A program made the position numbers and the translations under genes. Positions 19,101 to 27,856 of a stretch of DNA of 64,000 bases are shown one piece after another. Location of the stretch: assembly GCA_965215015.1 (NCBI GenBank), contig OZ244042.1:768001-832000 (forward strand), written 5' to 3'. Every line of letters starts with the position of its first letter. Position 1 is the first letter of the stretch. Below the pieces are notes generated by a model, which was given only the letters and a program-made list of their open reading frames with translations, was not told the origin of the DNA and made no database searches. The stretch is from Candidatus Poribacteria bacterium (lineage in GTDB: Bacteria; Poribacteria; WGA-4E; PCPOR2b).

Positions 19101-19890
19101 TTTCACCTCATCAATGCACATCACGTTGGAATTCACTGATGAAGACCACGGAATCTTATCTAAGTCAACCGATTGGAGTATGTTTAATAAAAGCGTTCCA
19201 AAACGGAGTAATTTGCGAATTGACGAAGGTCATTTGCGTAGCGTAACTTTGAGTTATCATTTTGATAGCCGGAAGGGCCTTGCACATCAAATACGGGATT
19301 TCCCGAGTTTCCCGATACTCGATTCCCCTACCAGGTCCGGCTGGCAGGGGAATTTTTCCGTCGAATCCGCGGATAAACGGCTTAAAAGCGACTTTGATTT
19401 TAACCTCTATCGTTTTACGATTGTGCGCGACAATCAACTGTTGAGCAACCACTATCTGGACTTTCGTCTGGAGGGGGGCTTCTCTGATGGGCCGCTTCCC
19501 AGGCAACGCCTTCTTCCTCTGGGCGGAATTGGTTTACGCGGCTACGATTTCAAAGAATTCATTGGGAATAATATGCTCCTTTTCAATGTAGAATACCGGG
19601 TTCACTTTGGAAAAATCACATATCTGGATGAAAACGAAGGGCCACTAGGCGCGGTGAAGGCTTTCTTGGATACAGGATATACCTGGTTTGATGATGAAAG
19701 CCTCGCGCTCAATCGCTTTAATACATCAGTTGGGGTCGGATTGTCTTTCTTCATCCATCCGTCTTTTACCTTTCAGCTTGAAATCGCGCGTGCCTGGCAG
19801 AAAGGGCGTGCCATTACACCCTTCTTACGTCTGGCAGGGCGGAAGGAACATTACATTACTTCCCTCTTACGTCTGGCACGAATTTTTTGA
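16171..19890 (+). CDS. Omp85-superfamily outer membrane protein with N-terminal DUF4097-like and CBM9-like domains and three POTRA domains
   Basis: Signal peptide; beta-repeat region (IKTTSGNISV, LKTHDGTISLRLP); CBM9-like motifs (PVIDGDL, LLWDEQYLYIG, DDTLEILVDP, WSVEVALP, WRFNLHR); POTRA starts (IKVEGN, LDLDQN, IRFSGN); barrel with LRGY motif and C-terminal Phe. Confidence 0.8.
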   Translation: MRTITNLVLIFYICLFYNLIHARTGNAQGLSQSIGVSFADSQNGTVPTNVPQAEVSLSRHGDNKTGTEEAVTQTTSEGNPLQYRSTSEQQTSYDDVYGLELALPVAGSVKVQAAAKEAIIVKLEKHGTGSNEEIVQTYLDTVELEISTKDDILLLTPRLPKSPDSDAKLTRLNCSIEAPPDLTLRIKTTSGNISVHRIRGDMVLTTMVGNVHLDEVMGAYQVSLQEGQIYGKILLTGGANTFETQVGSINLVVMDEIAAKMTLKTHDGTISLRLPESYPADLEIQVESTDQRAITIDLPVELETAYVGDVIQGWINDGGPLIQMTASQGITILPSQSVSTESETDDSEVEANDPYTEADLTPPPTVNIPHAFVQPVIDGDLFEKAWANSVPLSPFYKADATTQPDEQTQGFLLWDEQYLYIGARIYDSQMKRLPITQTNPDSPVWLDDTLEILVDPNPKTPTYHHLIINPIGTVFDQRIEADYSLDSNLKAAYERIAKPDWDSRVQVKTQIASTFWSVEVALPRNVLESPTSESWRFNLHRKMQGHSTESASKLAGEYSYWSPTYDKVRPWWPHWPDRLGVIHLAETKDSEPSQSFEFVEQFALAAIKVEGNGDIPTSELLEKIPFQPGDIISIDELSWLNRELEALDWFRDVHIETSEVAKETVEKPGGLSVRGEPNLPVTVAPRAGDSGDEPPPIPIFRVKLRIHVTEAPTVTVDRLDLDQNRYFISPFLRRAFGLKPGRTSVEGLEMKCQLIENLYRHHGYDLVRVLHQFSGTHLLVEVDEGHLDDIRFSGNRRIKHTELIDALGFKQGDAYSKRIGTARLNQMRARLNKNNLYFKRIKNWEVKREGDQNVLAIEVEERPRINVNWRPVFDFNRVHGLILGGGGALSTIEANAQIYGEVSNGLSSKIWNYQLGAEKTWFDRHALSIGGSVYKRADTNAYTGLSEGKEFLSALLFGDTFLDYYKREGYQARVKGNFTSSMHITLEFTDEDHGILSKSTDWSMFNKSVPKRSNLRIDEGHLRSVTLSYHFDSRKGLAHQIRDFPSFPILDSPTRSGWQGNFSVESADKRLKSDFDFNLYRFTIVRDNQLLSNHYLDFRLEGGFSDGPLPRQRLLPLGGIGLRGYDFKEFIGNNMLLFNVEYRVHFGKITYLDENEGPLGAVKAFLDTGYTWFDDESLALNRFNTSVGVGLSFFIHPSFTFQLEIARAWQKGRAITPFLRLAGRKEHYITSLLRLARIF

Positions 19891-19964
19891 AAAACCATCA
19901 GCGTCGTGTCTAATCTCGCTTTTAGGAAAGATAATTCGTAGAATCCCGAACTGGAGCACGAGTC

Positions 19965-22151
19965 TCACGGCTTTGAGAGTTTTACCGCCTTAATGCGACT
20001 ATTGTAGTGATCGCAAATCAACAGTATGTCTTTCCCGTAGAAACAGAGTCCGTGCGGTTCGTTCAGACTGGCTTCGGTGGCGGGGCCTCTATCCCCTGCG
20101 TCGCCCGGCGTATCGCTGCCGGCAACCGTTTGAAGCGTCCCATCGGCGGCGACCCGGCGGACCCGGTTGTTGCGCGAATCGGAAACGTATACACTCCCGT
20201 CCCCGGTGACCGCTAATCCCAACGGCTTGTGAAGCCGTGCCTCTAGGGCAGGCCTGCCATCGGGGGAAAACCCCGCCTCACCACAACCGACAACAGTCAT
20301 GATAATACCGTCGGTGTCCACCCTGCGCACAACATGGTGAGTGAGGTCGGAAAAATAAAGATTTCCCTTTGCATCAAACCGGAGTGCCGATGGGCTCCCG
20401 ATGCGCGCCGCTGTTGCGGGCCCTCCGTCCCCGGTGTAGCCTTGGACACCAACCCCTGCCACTGTGCTGATGTGCCCCATATCAGCGTCAATCCTGCGAA
20501 TCCGACCGGCAGCGTCTCCCAGATAGATATCCCCATCGGGTCCGTGTGTAACCGACCAAACAACCGTCAATCCAGCTCCTGAAGCCGGCCCGCCATCACC
20601 CTGATCTGCACCTTCGCCTGTTCCCGCCACAGTATGGATCACGCCATTCTTATCCACCCGTCGTACCCGCCCATTCAGTGTATCGGCTATTACAATACGG
20701 CCGCTCCTGTCTACCGATACATCGTAGGGATTCAAAAAGTACGCTTCAGTCGCAGGGGCATTGTCCCCTCCATAAGCTCTGCCGCCGCAGCCGACAACGG
20801 TTTGGATAATTCCGGTGACCGGATCAATTGCTCGTATTCGATCGTTCTGCATATCCGCAAAATAGATATGTCCGTCCGGACCGACACAAATCCCCCTTGG
20901 ACAAGAGAGGAACGCCTCGGTAGATGGACCCCCATCACGGATGTTGTCGCCCCCCAAAACAGTCGTTACGACGCCGGTTTGGGGGTCAACCCGGCGTAAA
21001 CGCCCTGAAGAATCACTGTAGAAAACAGTGCCATCGGGATCAGCCCAGATGCCGGACTCGATGGGATTGCATTTCGTTTTAGGCCCGGGCACCCCCTCTT
21101 CACCCCAACCGGGGATGCCGGTCCCCGCGAGCGTCGTCACAATACCGGTTTGGGCATCCACTTTACGCACTCTGAGACCACCGACCTCACCAACATACAG
21201 ATTGTCGTGAACATCAATGAAGATAGCGTCCGGCGTATGTGTGCTTGCCTCAACGGCAGGGCAACCATCGCCGTTGGACGCCGCTTGACCTGTGCCGAAA
21301 ACGGTTGTAATTGTTCCTGTCTGCATATTAATCTTGCGAACCCGATTGTTGCCGTTATCGCAGACATAGAGATCGCCTTTGGAGTCGAATGCTAGATGTT
21401 CAGGGAATCCGAAGGCTGCCTCCGACGCTGGCCCGCCATCGCCATGAAACCCGGCGAAGGTGTAGTTGGCACCGCTGTAGGGTCGGCTGATTCCCTGCTC
21501 CAACGGATAGTGACGGGTATTCTGACCTGCGAAGGTTTCAATGATACCGGTCTTTGCATCGACTCGCCGCACATTGCTATCCCATTTACCACACACAAAG
21601 ATATTTCCCTCGGTATCAACCGCCACGCCGGTTGTCGTGTCAAACTCAGCACCGAGTGCAGGGCCTCCATCTCCGCCCCGTCCCATCGCCCCCGAACCAA
21701 CCACGCGGGTGATGATACCGGTCTTATAATCGATACGCCGGACTGTATTCGGGCCTTCGTCGGGGCCTCTCGCGCCCAGTTGAGAAAAGAAAAGGTTACC
21801 CTCTTTGTCCAGGCAAAAGTCGTGAGGCGTGTACACCCGCGCATCAATGGCGGGGCCACCATCGCCAGAAACCCCTGGCACACCGTCTCCGGCGAAGGTA
21901 TGCAACATACCGTCCTGATCGATGCGCCAGATACGGTGGGTACGGATGTCGGCGACGATTAGGTCCCCATCAGGGCGTCGTACTACGCCCATGGGCCAGC
22001 CGATATCTGCGTCCTTAGCGGGTATGCCATCGCAGTAGCCGACCCCTGCAATACTGACGATGGTATTGGTTTGCAGTATCTCGAGAAGTTTAGGTTGATT
22101 CAATGTTGTTAGCTCCCCATCTGATAAGGGCGCGGACAGGTTGTTACACAC
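19965..22151 (-). CDS. NHL-repeat (beta-propeller) protein
   Basis: About 12 repeats of GDGGPA..A....P.....D..G.LY..D..N.RVR.VD..G.I.TVAG; no clear signal peptide. Confidence 0.88.
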   Translation of the reverse strand: MCNNLSAPLSDGELTTLNQPKLLEILQTNTIVSIAGVGYCDGIPAKDADIGWPMGVVRRPDGDLIVADIRTHRIWRIDQDGMLHTFAGDGVPGVSGDGGPAIDARVYTPHDFCLDKEGNLFFSQLGARGPDEGPNTVRRIDYKTGIITRVVGSGAMGRGGDGGPALGAEFDTTTGVAVDTEGNIFVCGKWDSNVRRVDAKTGIIETFAGQNTRHYPLEQGISRPYSGANYTFAGFHGDGGPASEAAFGFPEHLAFDSKGDLYVCDNGNNRVRKINMQTGTITTVFGTGQAASNGDGCPAVEASTHTPDAIFIDVHDNLYVGEVGGLRVRKVDAQTGIVTTLAGTGIPGWGEEGVPGPKTKCNPIESGIWADPDGTVFYSDSSGRLRRVDPQTGVVTTVLGGDNIRDGGPSTEAFLSCPRGICVGPDGHIYFADMQNDRIRAIDPVTGIIQTVVGCGGRAYGGDNAPATEAYFLNPYDVSVDRSGRIVIADTLNGRVRRVDKNGVIHTVAGTGEGADQGDGGPASGAGLTVVWSVTHGPDGDIYLGDAAGRIRRIDADMGHISTVAGVGVQGYTGDGGPATAARIGSPSALRFDAKGNLYFSDLTHHVVRRVDTDGIIMTVVGCGEAGFSPDGRPALEARLHKPLGLAVTGDGSVYVSDSRNNRVRRVAADGTLQTVAGSDTPGDAGDRGPATEASLNEPHGLCFYGKDILLICDHYNSRIKAVKLSKP

Positions 22152-22172
22152 GCCAAAACTTTCCTGAAAGTG

Positions 22173-22961
22173 TTACCTATCCAAAAAGTAGAAATGATTG
22201 GTGGGGCCGTGTCCCCCCCCGATGTCAAGGGAATAACGGATAGCGTTAGTGATGTAATGTTTCGCGGCCTGAACGGCAGCTACAAGATCTTTTCCGAGTC
22301 CAAGGTGCGTGGCGATTGCTGCGGAGTAGGTGCAGCCCGTTCCATGTGTATTTTTCGTCTCAATCCGCTCCGCTTCAAAGAGGGTAAAAGTTCCATCCGT
22401 GTACAGAACATCGGTTGATTTTTCTCCTGAGAGATGCCCTCCTTTGACTAATACACCTTGGCATCCATATCTTTGAATCATCTCCGCTGCGGCCTTCGCA
22501 TCATCAATTGTTTGGATTTCGCATTTGGCGAGTAGTTTGGCTTCATCAACATTGGGCATGACGACCGTTGCAAGCGGTAGCAGCTCCGCTTGCAAACGCT
22601 CAATGGCATCTGGTTTGAGTAAGGGGTACTTACTTTTGGAGAACGTTACGGGATCGATTACGATATGTTTTGGCGAATATTCACGCAACTTCTCCGCAAC
22701 AGTTCCCACGATTTCCGCTGACGAGAGCATCCCCGTTTTGAGGGCTGCGATGTCAAAGTCGGAGAAGATAGCATCGATCTGGGCATCAATGAGATCGGTT
22801 GGTAGGTCAAAGGCGCGAGTTACTTCACGTGTATTCTGTGCCGTAACTGACGTGATGACGGAGAGCCCAAAACCACCGTTGGCGTGGATGGATTTGAGGT
22901 CGGCTTGAATTCCTGCGCCGCCTCCTGAGTCTGAGCCAGCAATTGTCAAGATCTGTTTCAT
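22173..22961 (-). CDS. thiD: Hydroxymethylpyrimidine/phosphomethylpyrimidine kinase
   Basis: ILTIAGSDSGGGAGIQADLK, TAQNT, KTGML, KGGH, NTHGTGCT. Confidence 0.96.
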   Translation of the reverse strand: MKQILTIAGSDSGGGAGIQADLKSIHANGGFGLSVITSVTAQNTREVTRAFDLPTDLIDAQIDAIFSDFDIAALKTGMLSSAEIVGTVAEKLREYSPKHIVIDPVTFSKSKYPLLKPDAIERLQAELLPLATVVMPNVDEAKLLAKCEIQTIDDAKAAAEMIQRYGCQGVLVKGGHLSGEKSTDVLYTDGTFTLFEAERIETKNTHGTGCTYSAAIATHLGLGKDLVAAVQAAKHYITNAIRYSLDIGGGHGPTNHFYFLDR

Positions 22962-22977
22962 GTGGGGCCTCTTGTCG

Positions 22978-23646
22978 TTATTCCAGCAGCTGTCGTAGAT
23001 ACACCCTCGCCTGCTGTGCACCGTTTTCCGGTGACATCACCCCGGACATCACCGCCACCCCATAGGCACCGGCATCGAGGCATTCTGAAACCCGTTCAGG
23101 CGTTATTCCACCCAACGCAAAGACAGGTATGTTGATCTCTTCTGTAACTGTTCGCAGACCGTCCAACCCAACGGCGGGACCGTAACCCGGCTTACTGAGC
23201 GTCGGATAAATTGGACTATAGGTGATAAAATTCGCGCCTTCCATTTCCCGCTGCTTCGCTTCGGTTAGTGAGTGGACAGACCCGCCGATGATAAAGCGGT
23301 GCCTCGTTTCCTCAATCACCTTTCGCACGGACGCTGAATTTCCCGGCAGATGGAGACCATCTGCACCGATGCTCATAGCTATCTTGATACGTGAGTTAAT
23401 GAACAGTTGGCCGGAATAGGCGTGACAGAGCTTGCAGAGGGGTTCAGCCAATTTGATATACTCAGCGTCGTTCAGGTCTTTTTCCCTGAGTTGGATCGCG
23501 GACACCCCTACATCTAAGAGGTCATGGATGGTATCGTACAGGGTCCGTGGCGCGCAGAGTTGTCGATTGGTGATAACGTAGAGATTGAAACGAAGTGGAT
23601 GGGGGGGCGAAGGGTTTGTAGTAGCTTCCACTGTTTGGCGGTGCAC
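22978..23646 (-). CDS. thiE: Thiamine-phosphate synthase (ThiE/TenI family)
   Basis: IQLREKDL, ADGLHL, SVHS, PIYPTLSKP, VFALGGI, GVAVMS; adjacent to thiD. Confidence 0.85.
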   Translation of the reverse strand: MHRQTVEATTNPSPPHPLRFNLYVITNRQLCAPRTLYDTIHDLLDVGVSAIQLREKDLNDAEYIKLAEPLCKLCHAYSGQLFINSRIKIAMSIGADGLHLPGNSASVRKVIEETRHRFIIGGSVHSLTEAKQREMEGANFITYSPIYPTLSKPGYGPAVGLDGLRTVTEEINIPVFALGGITPERVSECLDAGAYGVAVMSGVMSPENGAQQARVYLRQLLE

Positions 23647-23680
23647 TGTCTTTTTTGATATTTTCTATGTTCTCTTCCGA

Positions 23681-24742
23681 TTACTCCAGAGGTTCATTTT
23701 GTTTAACAACCACCGCAGGTTCAACGGCTTGAAGCGTCACCTGAGCACCCACTTGGAGTGGACAGCAGTAGTCGGTTTGCACGACATAATCCTCTGTCCC
23801 AATCTTCACCCGATAGGTCAGATCATGCCCTTTGAACTCACGCATGACAATTTCGCCGACGCCGTTACAGCGAGCTTTTGTCTCCGGTTGAGCCATGACT
23901 AGATGTTCGGGCCGAATCGAGAGGAGTACTTTGCCACGCGCTGATGGCGCGATCTGGAATCTGCCCAAGGGTGTCTCAGCATAGTCTCCTTCCGCTTCAC
24001 CGGCGATCAGATTGGTTACGCCTAGAAAGTCTGCTACGAATGATGTTTGTGGACGGTGGTAAACTGTCTCAGGCGTACCAATTTGTTCAATACGTCCGTC
24101 CTGCATGACCGCCAACCGGTCTGCGAAGCAGAGGGCTTCCTCCTGATCATGCGTGACAAACACCGCGCTCATCCCCGCATCCTTCAAGAGGGCTCGAATC
24201 TCCTCGCGTGTGGCGTGCCGCCTCCCGGCATCAAGGTTAGAAAATGGTTCATCTAGTAGGATGAGTTTGGGACTAGGGGCAATTGAGCGAGCCAGTGCCA
24301 CCCGCTGCTGCTGGCCTCCGGAAAGTTCGTGTGGTTTCCGATCTTTGAAGGCGGTCATTCCCACCATCCCTAACACTGTCATGACACGCTCATCGCGTAA
24401 TTTTGGGGGCAGCTTTTTTAGCCCGAAAGCGACATTCTGCGCCACATTGAGGTGTGGAAAGAGCGCGTACTCTTGGAAAACAATCCCAACCCCTCGGGCT
24501 TCGGGCGGCAGGTGGGTCTTGAATCCTTCAAAGCATTGCCCATCTACGCAAATCTCTCCCGCATCAGCACGCTCGAATCCGGCAATCAGGCGTAGCGTTG
24601 TTGTCTTTCCGCAGCCACTCGGTCCCAGAAGGGCAAAGATTTCGCTAGCGTAAACATCGAAACAGAGGTTCTCGACCACTGGGGGCAGGTTATGAGCGAA
24701 TCGTTTGGTGATGTTGCGGATATTAAGCAGAGGCTGCATCAT
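23681..24742 (-). CDS. Fe3+ ABC transporter ATP-binding subunit (FbpC-like)
   Basis: GPSGCGKT, LSGGQQQR, LLDEPF and a TOBE-like C-terminus. Confidence 0.92.
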   Translation of the reverse strand: MMQPLLNIRNITKRFAHNLPPVVENLCFDVYASEIFALLGPSGCGKTTTLRLIAGFERADAGEICVDGQCFEGFKTHLPPEARGVGIVFQEYALFPHLNVAQNVAFGLKKLPPKLRDERVMTVLGMVGMTAFKDRKPHELSGGQQQRVALARSIAPSPKLILLDEPFSNLDAGRRHATREEIRALLKDAGMSAVFVTHDQEEALCFADRLAVMQDGRIEQIGTPETVYHRPQTSFVADFLGVTNLIAGEAEGDYAETPLGRFQIAPSARGKVLLSIRPEHLVMAQPETKARCNGVGEIVMREFKGHDLTYRVKIGTEDYVVQTDYCCPLQVGAQVTLQAVEPAVVVKQNEPLE

Positions 24743-24871
24743 AACTCCTTCAATACCGTGTTAGGCGGGTAAGGGGCCATCCACTCAACACACCAGGTGC
24801 AACGCAAGATGTAATACGTGAATGACTCATTGAAGTCTTGAACTTCTTGGCTCTCATTCCGTCTATTTGCT

Positions 24872-25083
24872 GGTTCTGTTGACATTTGGGTGTCGAGATA
24901 TGAATCTCGACCGCCAGGCTATCTGCCGGTATTAGACAGATCGGGAGGGTCGGGCATCTTGCCCGACCTATGGGTATAGTGTTAGGTTTCACTTTTGTGT
25001 TTGATACGGATTCGCTTTTACCGTTCAATCCAACTCCCTTCCGAGAGGCTCCGATCGACGTACTGTCAAATGTCAATACGCCC
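24872..25083 (-). mobile_element. 212-bp MITE, family 3 (ends GGGCGTATTGACATTTG / GGTTCTGTTGACATTTG)
   Basis: Inverted ends; the first ~60 nt are homologous to the element at 33028; internal hairpin GGTCGGGCA-TCT-TGCCCGACC. Sits just after the permease stop codon. Confidence 0.75.
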
Positions 25084-25086
25084 TAG

Positions 25087-26679
25087 TTATGTGGGTGCTT
25101 TTGGATATTCATACGATGTTCTTGCATCCTGCATTAACAACAACCCCACAAACAGTGCCGAGCAGAGCACAATTGCAAGCGCATACCGCGCGCCTTCAGC
25201 GAACATCGCTTCCGTTGTGTAACTCCAGACGTTCACCGCCAAGGTCTCATACCCTGCAGGCGAAAGCAGGAAGGTCAGCGGAAGCTCCTTCATTCCTGCG
25301 AGAAAAACGAAAGCGATACTGACAATGAACCCGCCGCGCAGCAGTGGAAAGGTGGATTTGAAAAACGCCTTGAGAGGTCGATAGCCGAGCGATCTGGCGG
25401 CTTCCTCCAAACGGGGTGAGGCTTGGTAGAGCGCGCTGCGGACGGGACCGATCGCCTCTGCGAGAAAATGCATGGTATAGGCATAGATCAAGATCCAAAG
25501 CGTCTGATAAACCGCCGGTACTCCTCGAAAAAAGAAGATGAGCGCAAGTGCAAACGCCAGCGGTGGTGTCGCATAACCGATATACGCCCCGCGTTCCAGT
25601 GTACGACAGATCGAAGATGAATATCGCACACCTAAGTAAGCCAAAGGAAGGGCGAGCGCACCGGTGAGGAAGGCCGCGGGCGTTGATACCAAAAGAGAAC
25701 CAGAGAGTGCTTGAAGGAAATCCTGCATATATGAATCGTCAACCCCCTTGAGGGTCCAGAAGCCAATCGTTACAATGGGGGCGACCACACTAGCAAGCGT
25801 CAAAGTACCGAGATAAATGTAGGTGGGTATCTTCCAAATCCCCAGAGAGATTGGGTTGGCTTGATGTGATGTGCCGCTGCCTATGCGGTGAAACTGGCTT
25901 CCGCGCAACAATCGCCCTTCGAGATAGAGTAAGCTGCCCGTGAGCGCGAGAAGCATCAGCGCAAGCCACGCAGCGTAGGTGCGGTCGAAAGCGGCGGTAT
26001 ATTGCGTGTAAAGGGCAAAGCTAAAGGTCTCGTATCGCATCAGAGATACCACTCCGAAGTCCCCGAGCACGTGCAATCCAACGAGGAGTCCACCGGCATA
26101 GAGAGCGGGGCGAAGTTGCGGCAAAATTGCGCGGAGGAATACCTCCCGAGATTTGCTGCCGAGGCTATAAGCAGATTCTTCAATCGCAGGATCTAACCCC
26201 AATAGTGCTGTCCGGAGGTTTAACAAGAGGTAAGGGGCGGTGTAAAAACTGAGAGCGATGAGGGCACCCCAGTATCCTCGTAGATTTGGAAAACTCGGTC
26301 CAAACAGATTTGCAAAAGTGCCGTGGGGGCCGCTTAAACCCAGCAAAGCATAAGCCATCACATAGCCGGGGATTGCCAGCGGCAACACCCCAAGCAACGT
26401 AAAAATCCGCTTGCCTTTAAGATCCGTCCGTGTTGTTACCCATGCGAGCGGTGCTACCAGCAGTATACCGGTTCCGACAACCCCGATGACGAGGAGGAGG
26501 GTATTCCCCAGAAGGTGCACGGTCCGGGCGCGAAAGACGATTTGGATTAACTCCCCCGTTTCCGCCTCAAACGCTCTAACGAGGAGGTAAATCAACGGCA
26601 GCAGCACTCCGGTCCCAACGGCAACTCCGGGGACGAGAAAATACCATGGTGGAAAAGGACGTGTCTCAGAAAAAATCAC
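25087..26679 (-). CDS. Fe3+ ABC transporter permease (FbpB-like)
   Basis: Duplicated permease domains with EESAYSLG and EEAARSLG (EAA) motifs. Confidence 0.92.
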   Translation of the reverse strand: MIFSETRPFPPWYFLVPGVAVGTGVLLPLIYLLVRAFEAETGELIQIVFRARTVHLLGNTLLLVIGVVGTGILLVAPLAWVTTRTDLKGKRIFTLLGVLPLAIPGYVMAYALLGLSGPHGTFANLFGPSFPNLRGYWGALIALSFYTAPYLLLNLRTALLGLDPAIEESAYSLGSKSREVFLRAILPQLRPALYAGGLLVGLHVLGDFGVVSLMRYETFSFALYTQYTAAFDRTYAAWLALMLLALTGSLLYLEGRLLRGSQFHRIGSGTSHQANPISLGIWKIPTYIYLGTLTLASVVAPIVTIGFWTLKGVDDSYMQDFLQALSGSLLVSTPAAFLTGALALPLAYLGVRYSSSICRTLERGAYIGYATPPLAFALALIFFFRGVPAVYQTLWILIYAYTMHFLAEAIGPVRSALYQASPRLEEAARSLGYRPLKAFFKSTFPLLRGGFIVSIAFVFLAGMKELPLTFLLSPAGYETLAVNVWSYTTEAMFAEGARYALAIVLCSALFVGLLLMQDARTSYEYPKAPT

Positions 26680-27674
26680 AGAATCTCCGCCTTGCGCAGA
26701 AGTTTCAAGGTGCCTTCTAGGTCGTCCAACTTTTCTAGGTTGAGTTCGGGCGTAAGTTTCAAGAGTTCATCCAGTGGCAGCAATTTGTCGCTAGGAATGA
26801 CTGCATCCGTGATGGGGTACTCAAAGACCTCGCTGATGAAGAACTGCTGCACTGTTGAGGATAACAGGAATTGAACGAAGCTGTCGACCTCTTCCGCGTG
26901 ACTACTGCTTTTCAGGATGCCAATTCCAGCGACATTGACAAGATTTCCTGCATCGCCGGACGTAAAGAAAGTTTGCTCAACGGGAAATTGGGAATCACTC
27001 TTTTTGAAGCGCATCAAGTAATAGTGGTTGGGCAAACCGAGGTCAATTTCCCCAGCGGCAAGTGCCCGAATAATAGGTGTATTCTTCGGGTAGCTTTTCG
27101 CACCGTTTGCCTTCATGCCTCGCAGCCATTCCTCCGCTTTTCCCTCCCCTTCAAGGACGCGCATCGCTGTTACGAAGGCTTGAAATGATGCGTTCTGTGG
27201 GGCCCAACCGACTCGTCCCCTCCACTTTGCATCGGTCAAATCAAAGATGCTGTTGGGCAATTCCTCCGCCTTGACGCGTTCAGGCGCATACGCGAGGACA
27301 CGCGCGCGACCACTTGTCGCAATCCACGTCCCTTCGGAATTGCGAAACTTGTCGGGAACTTTCGAGGTGGTAGATTCGGGTAATGTCTGAAACAACCCTT
27401 GCTTGCTAACTGCACCGAGTGCTCCTGCATCTTGCGCCCAGAAAAGATCGGCGGGGCTTTTGGCTCCCTCCTCTAACAAAGCCACCGCAAGTTGAGCGGT
27501 ATTGCCGTAGCGCACCTTGACCGTGATGCCGGTCTCCTTCTCGAACTGCTTGATGATAGGGTGAACCAACCCCTTGCTCCGTCCTGAATAGACGACCAAT
27601 TCTCTGGTATCGGTTGCATTGACCGTCCACACAGTTAGGAATAGCCCTAGAATTCCAACCAGATATCTTAGCAT
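26676..27674 (-). CDS. Fe3+ ABC transporter substrate-binding protein (FbpA/FutA-like)
   Basis: Signal peptide, LVVYSGR, SPADLF, and NHYY with tandem Tyr iron ligands. Confidence 0.9.
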   Translation of the reverse strand: MLRYLVGILGLFLTVWTVNATDTRELVVYSGRSKGLVHPIIKQFEKETGITVKVRYGNTAQLAVALLEEGAKSPADLFWAQDAGALGAVSKQGLFQTLPESTTSKVPDKFRNSEGTWIATSGRARVLAYAPERVKAEELPNSIFDLTDAKWRGRVGWAPQNASFQAFVTAMRVLEGEGKAEEWLRGMKANGAKSYPKNTPIIRALAAGEIDLGLPNHYYLMRFKKSDSQFPVEQTFFTSGDAGNLVNVAGIGILKSSSHAEEVDSFVQFLLSSTVQQFFISEVFEYPITDAVIPSDKLLPLDELLKLTPELNLEKLDDLEGTLKLLRKAEIL

Positions 27675-27717
27675 TGTAACCTCCGAAAATTATACAGTTG
27701 TTTTATACCGTGCTATT

Positions 27718-27736
27718 GATATTGAGATTCAGTTTC
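27718..27736. promoter_or_regulatory. Fur-box-like operator
   Basis: GATATTGAGATTCAGTTTC matches the consensus GATAATGATAATCATTATC at 14/19; lies between the promoter and the start of the iron-binding protein gene. Confidence 0.7.
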
Positions 27737-27751
27737 AACAAAACGATTATA

Positions 27752-27780
27752 ATTATACCCTGTATTAATCGGTTTGTCAA
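27752..27780 (-). promoter_or_regulatory. Consensus sigma70 promoter of the iron ABC operon
   Basis: Exact TTGACA-N17-TATAAT on the minus strand. Confidence 0.8.
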
Positions 27781-27856
27781 AGAATATCTGATCTGCATCA
27801 GAAATTTTTTGCTACCCTATTACTGTGACACACCTTGCGGCAGTGGGTTTCCCAAT

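Noticed and set aside
16171-19890. Canonical BamA
   Set aside because: Only about three POTRA-like units are present, with ~600 aa of unrelated N-terminal domains and no skp/lpx/rseP context.
24750-25076. 108-aa ORF between the permease and ATPase genes
   Set aside because: It is mostly a read-through of the family-3 MITE and shows no protein motifs.
23681-27674. Thiamine ABC transporter (ThiBPQ), suggested by adjacency to thiE/thiD
   Set aside because: The binding protein has the NHYY iron-ligand motif and a Fur-like box upstream, and no TPP riboswitch is visible.
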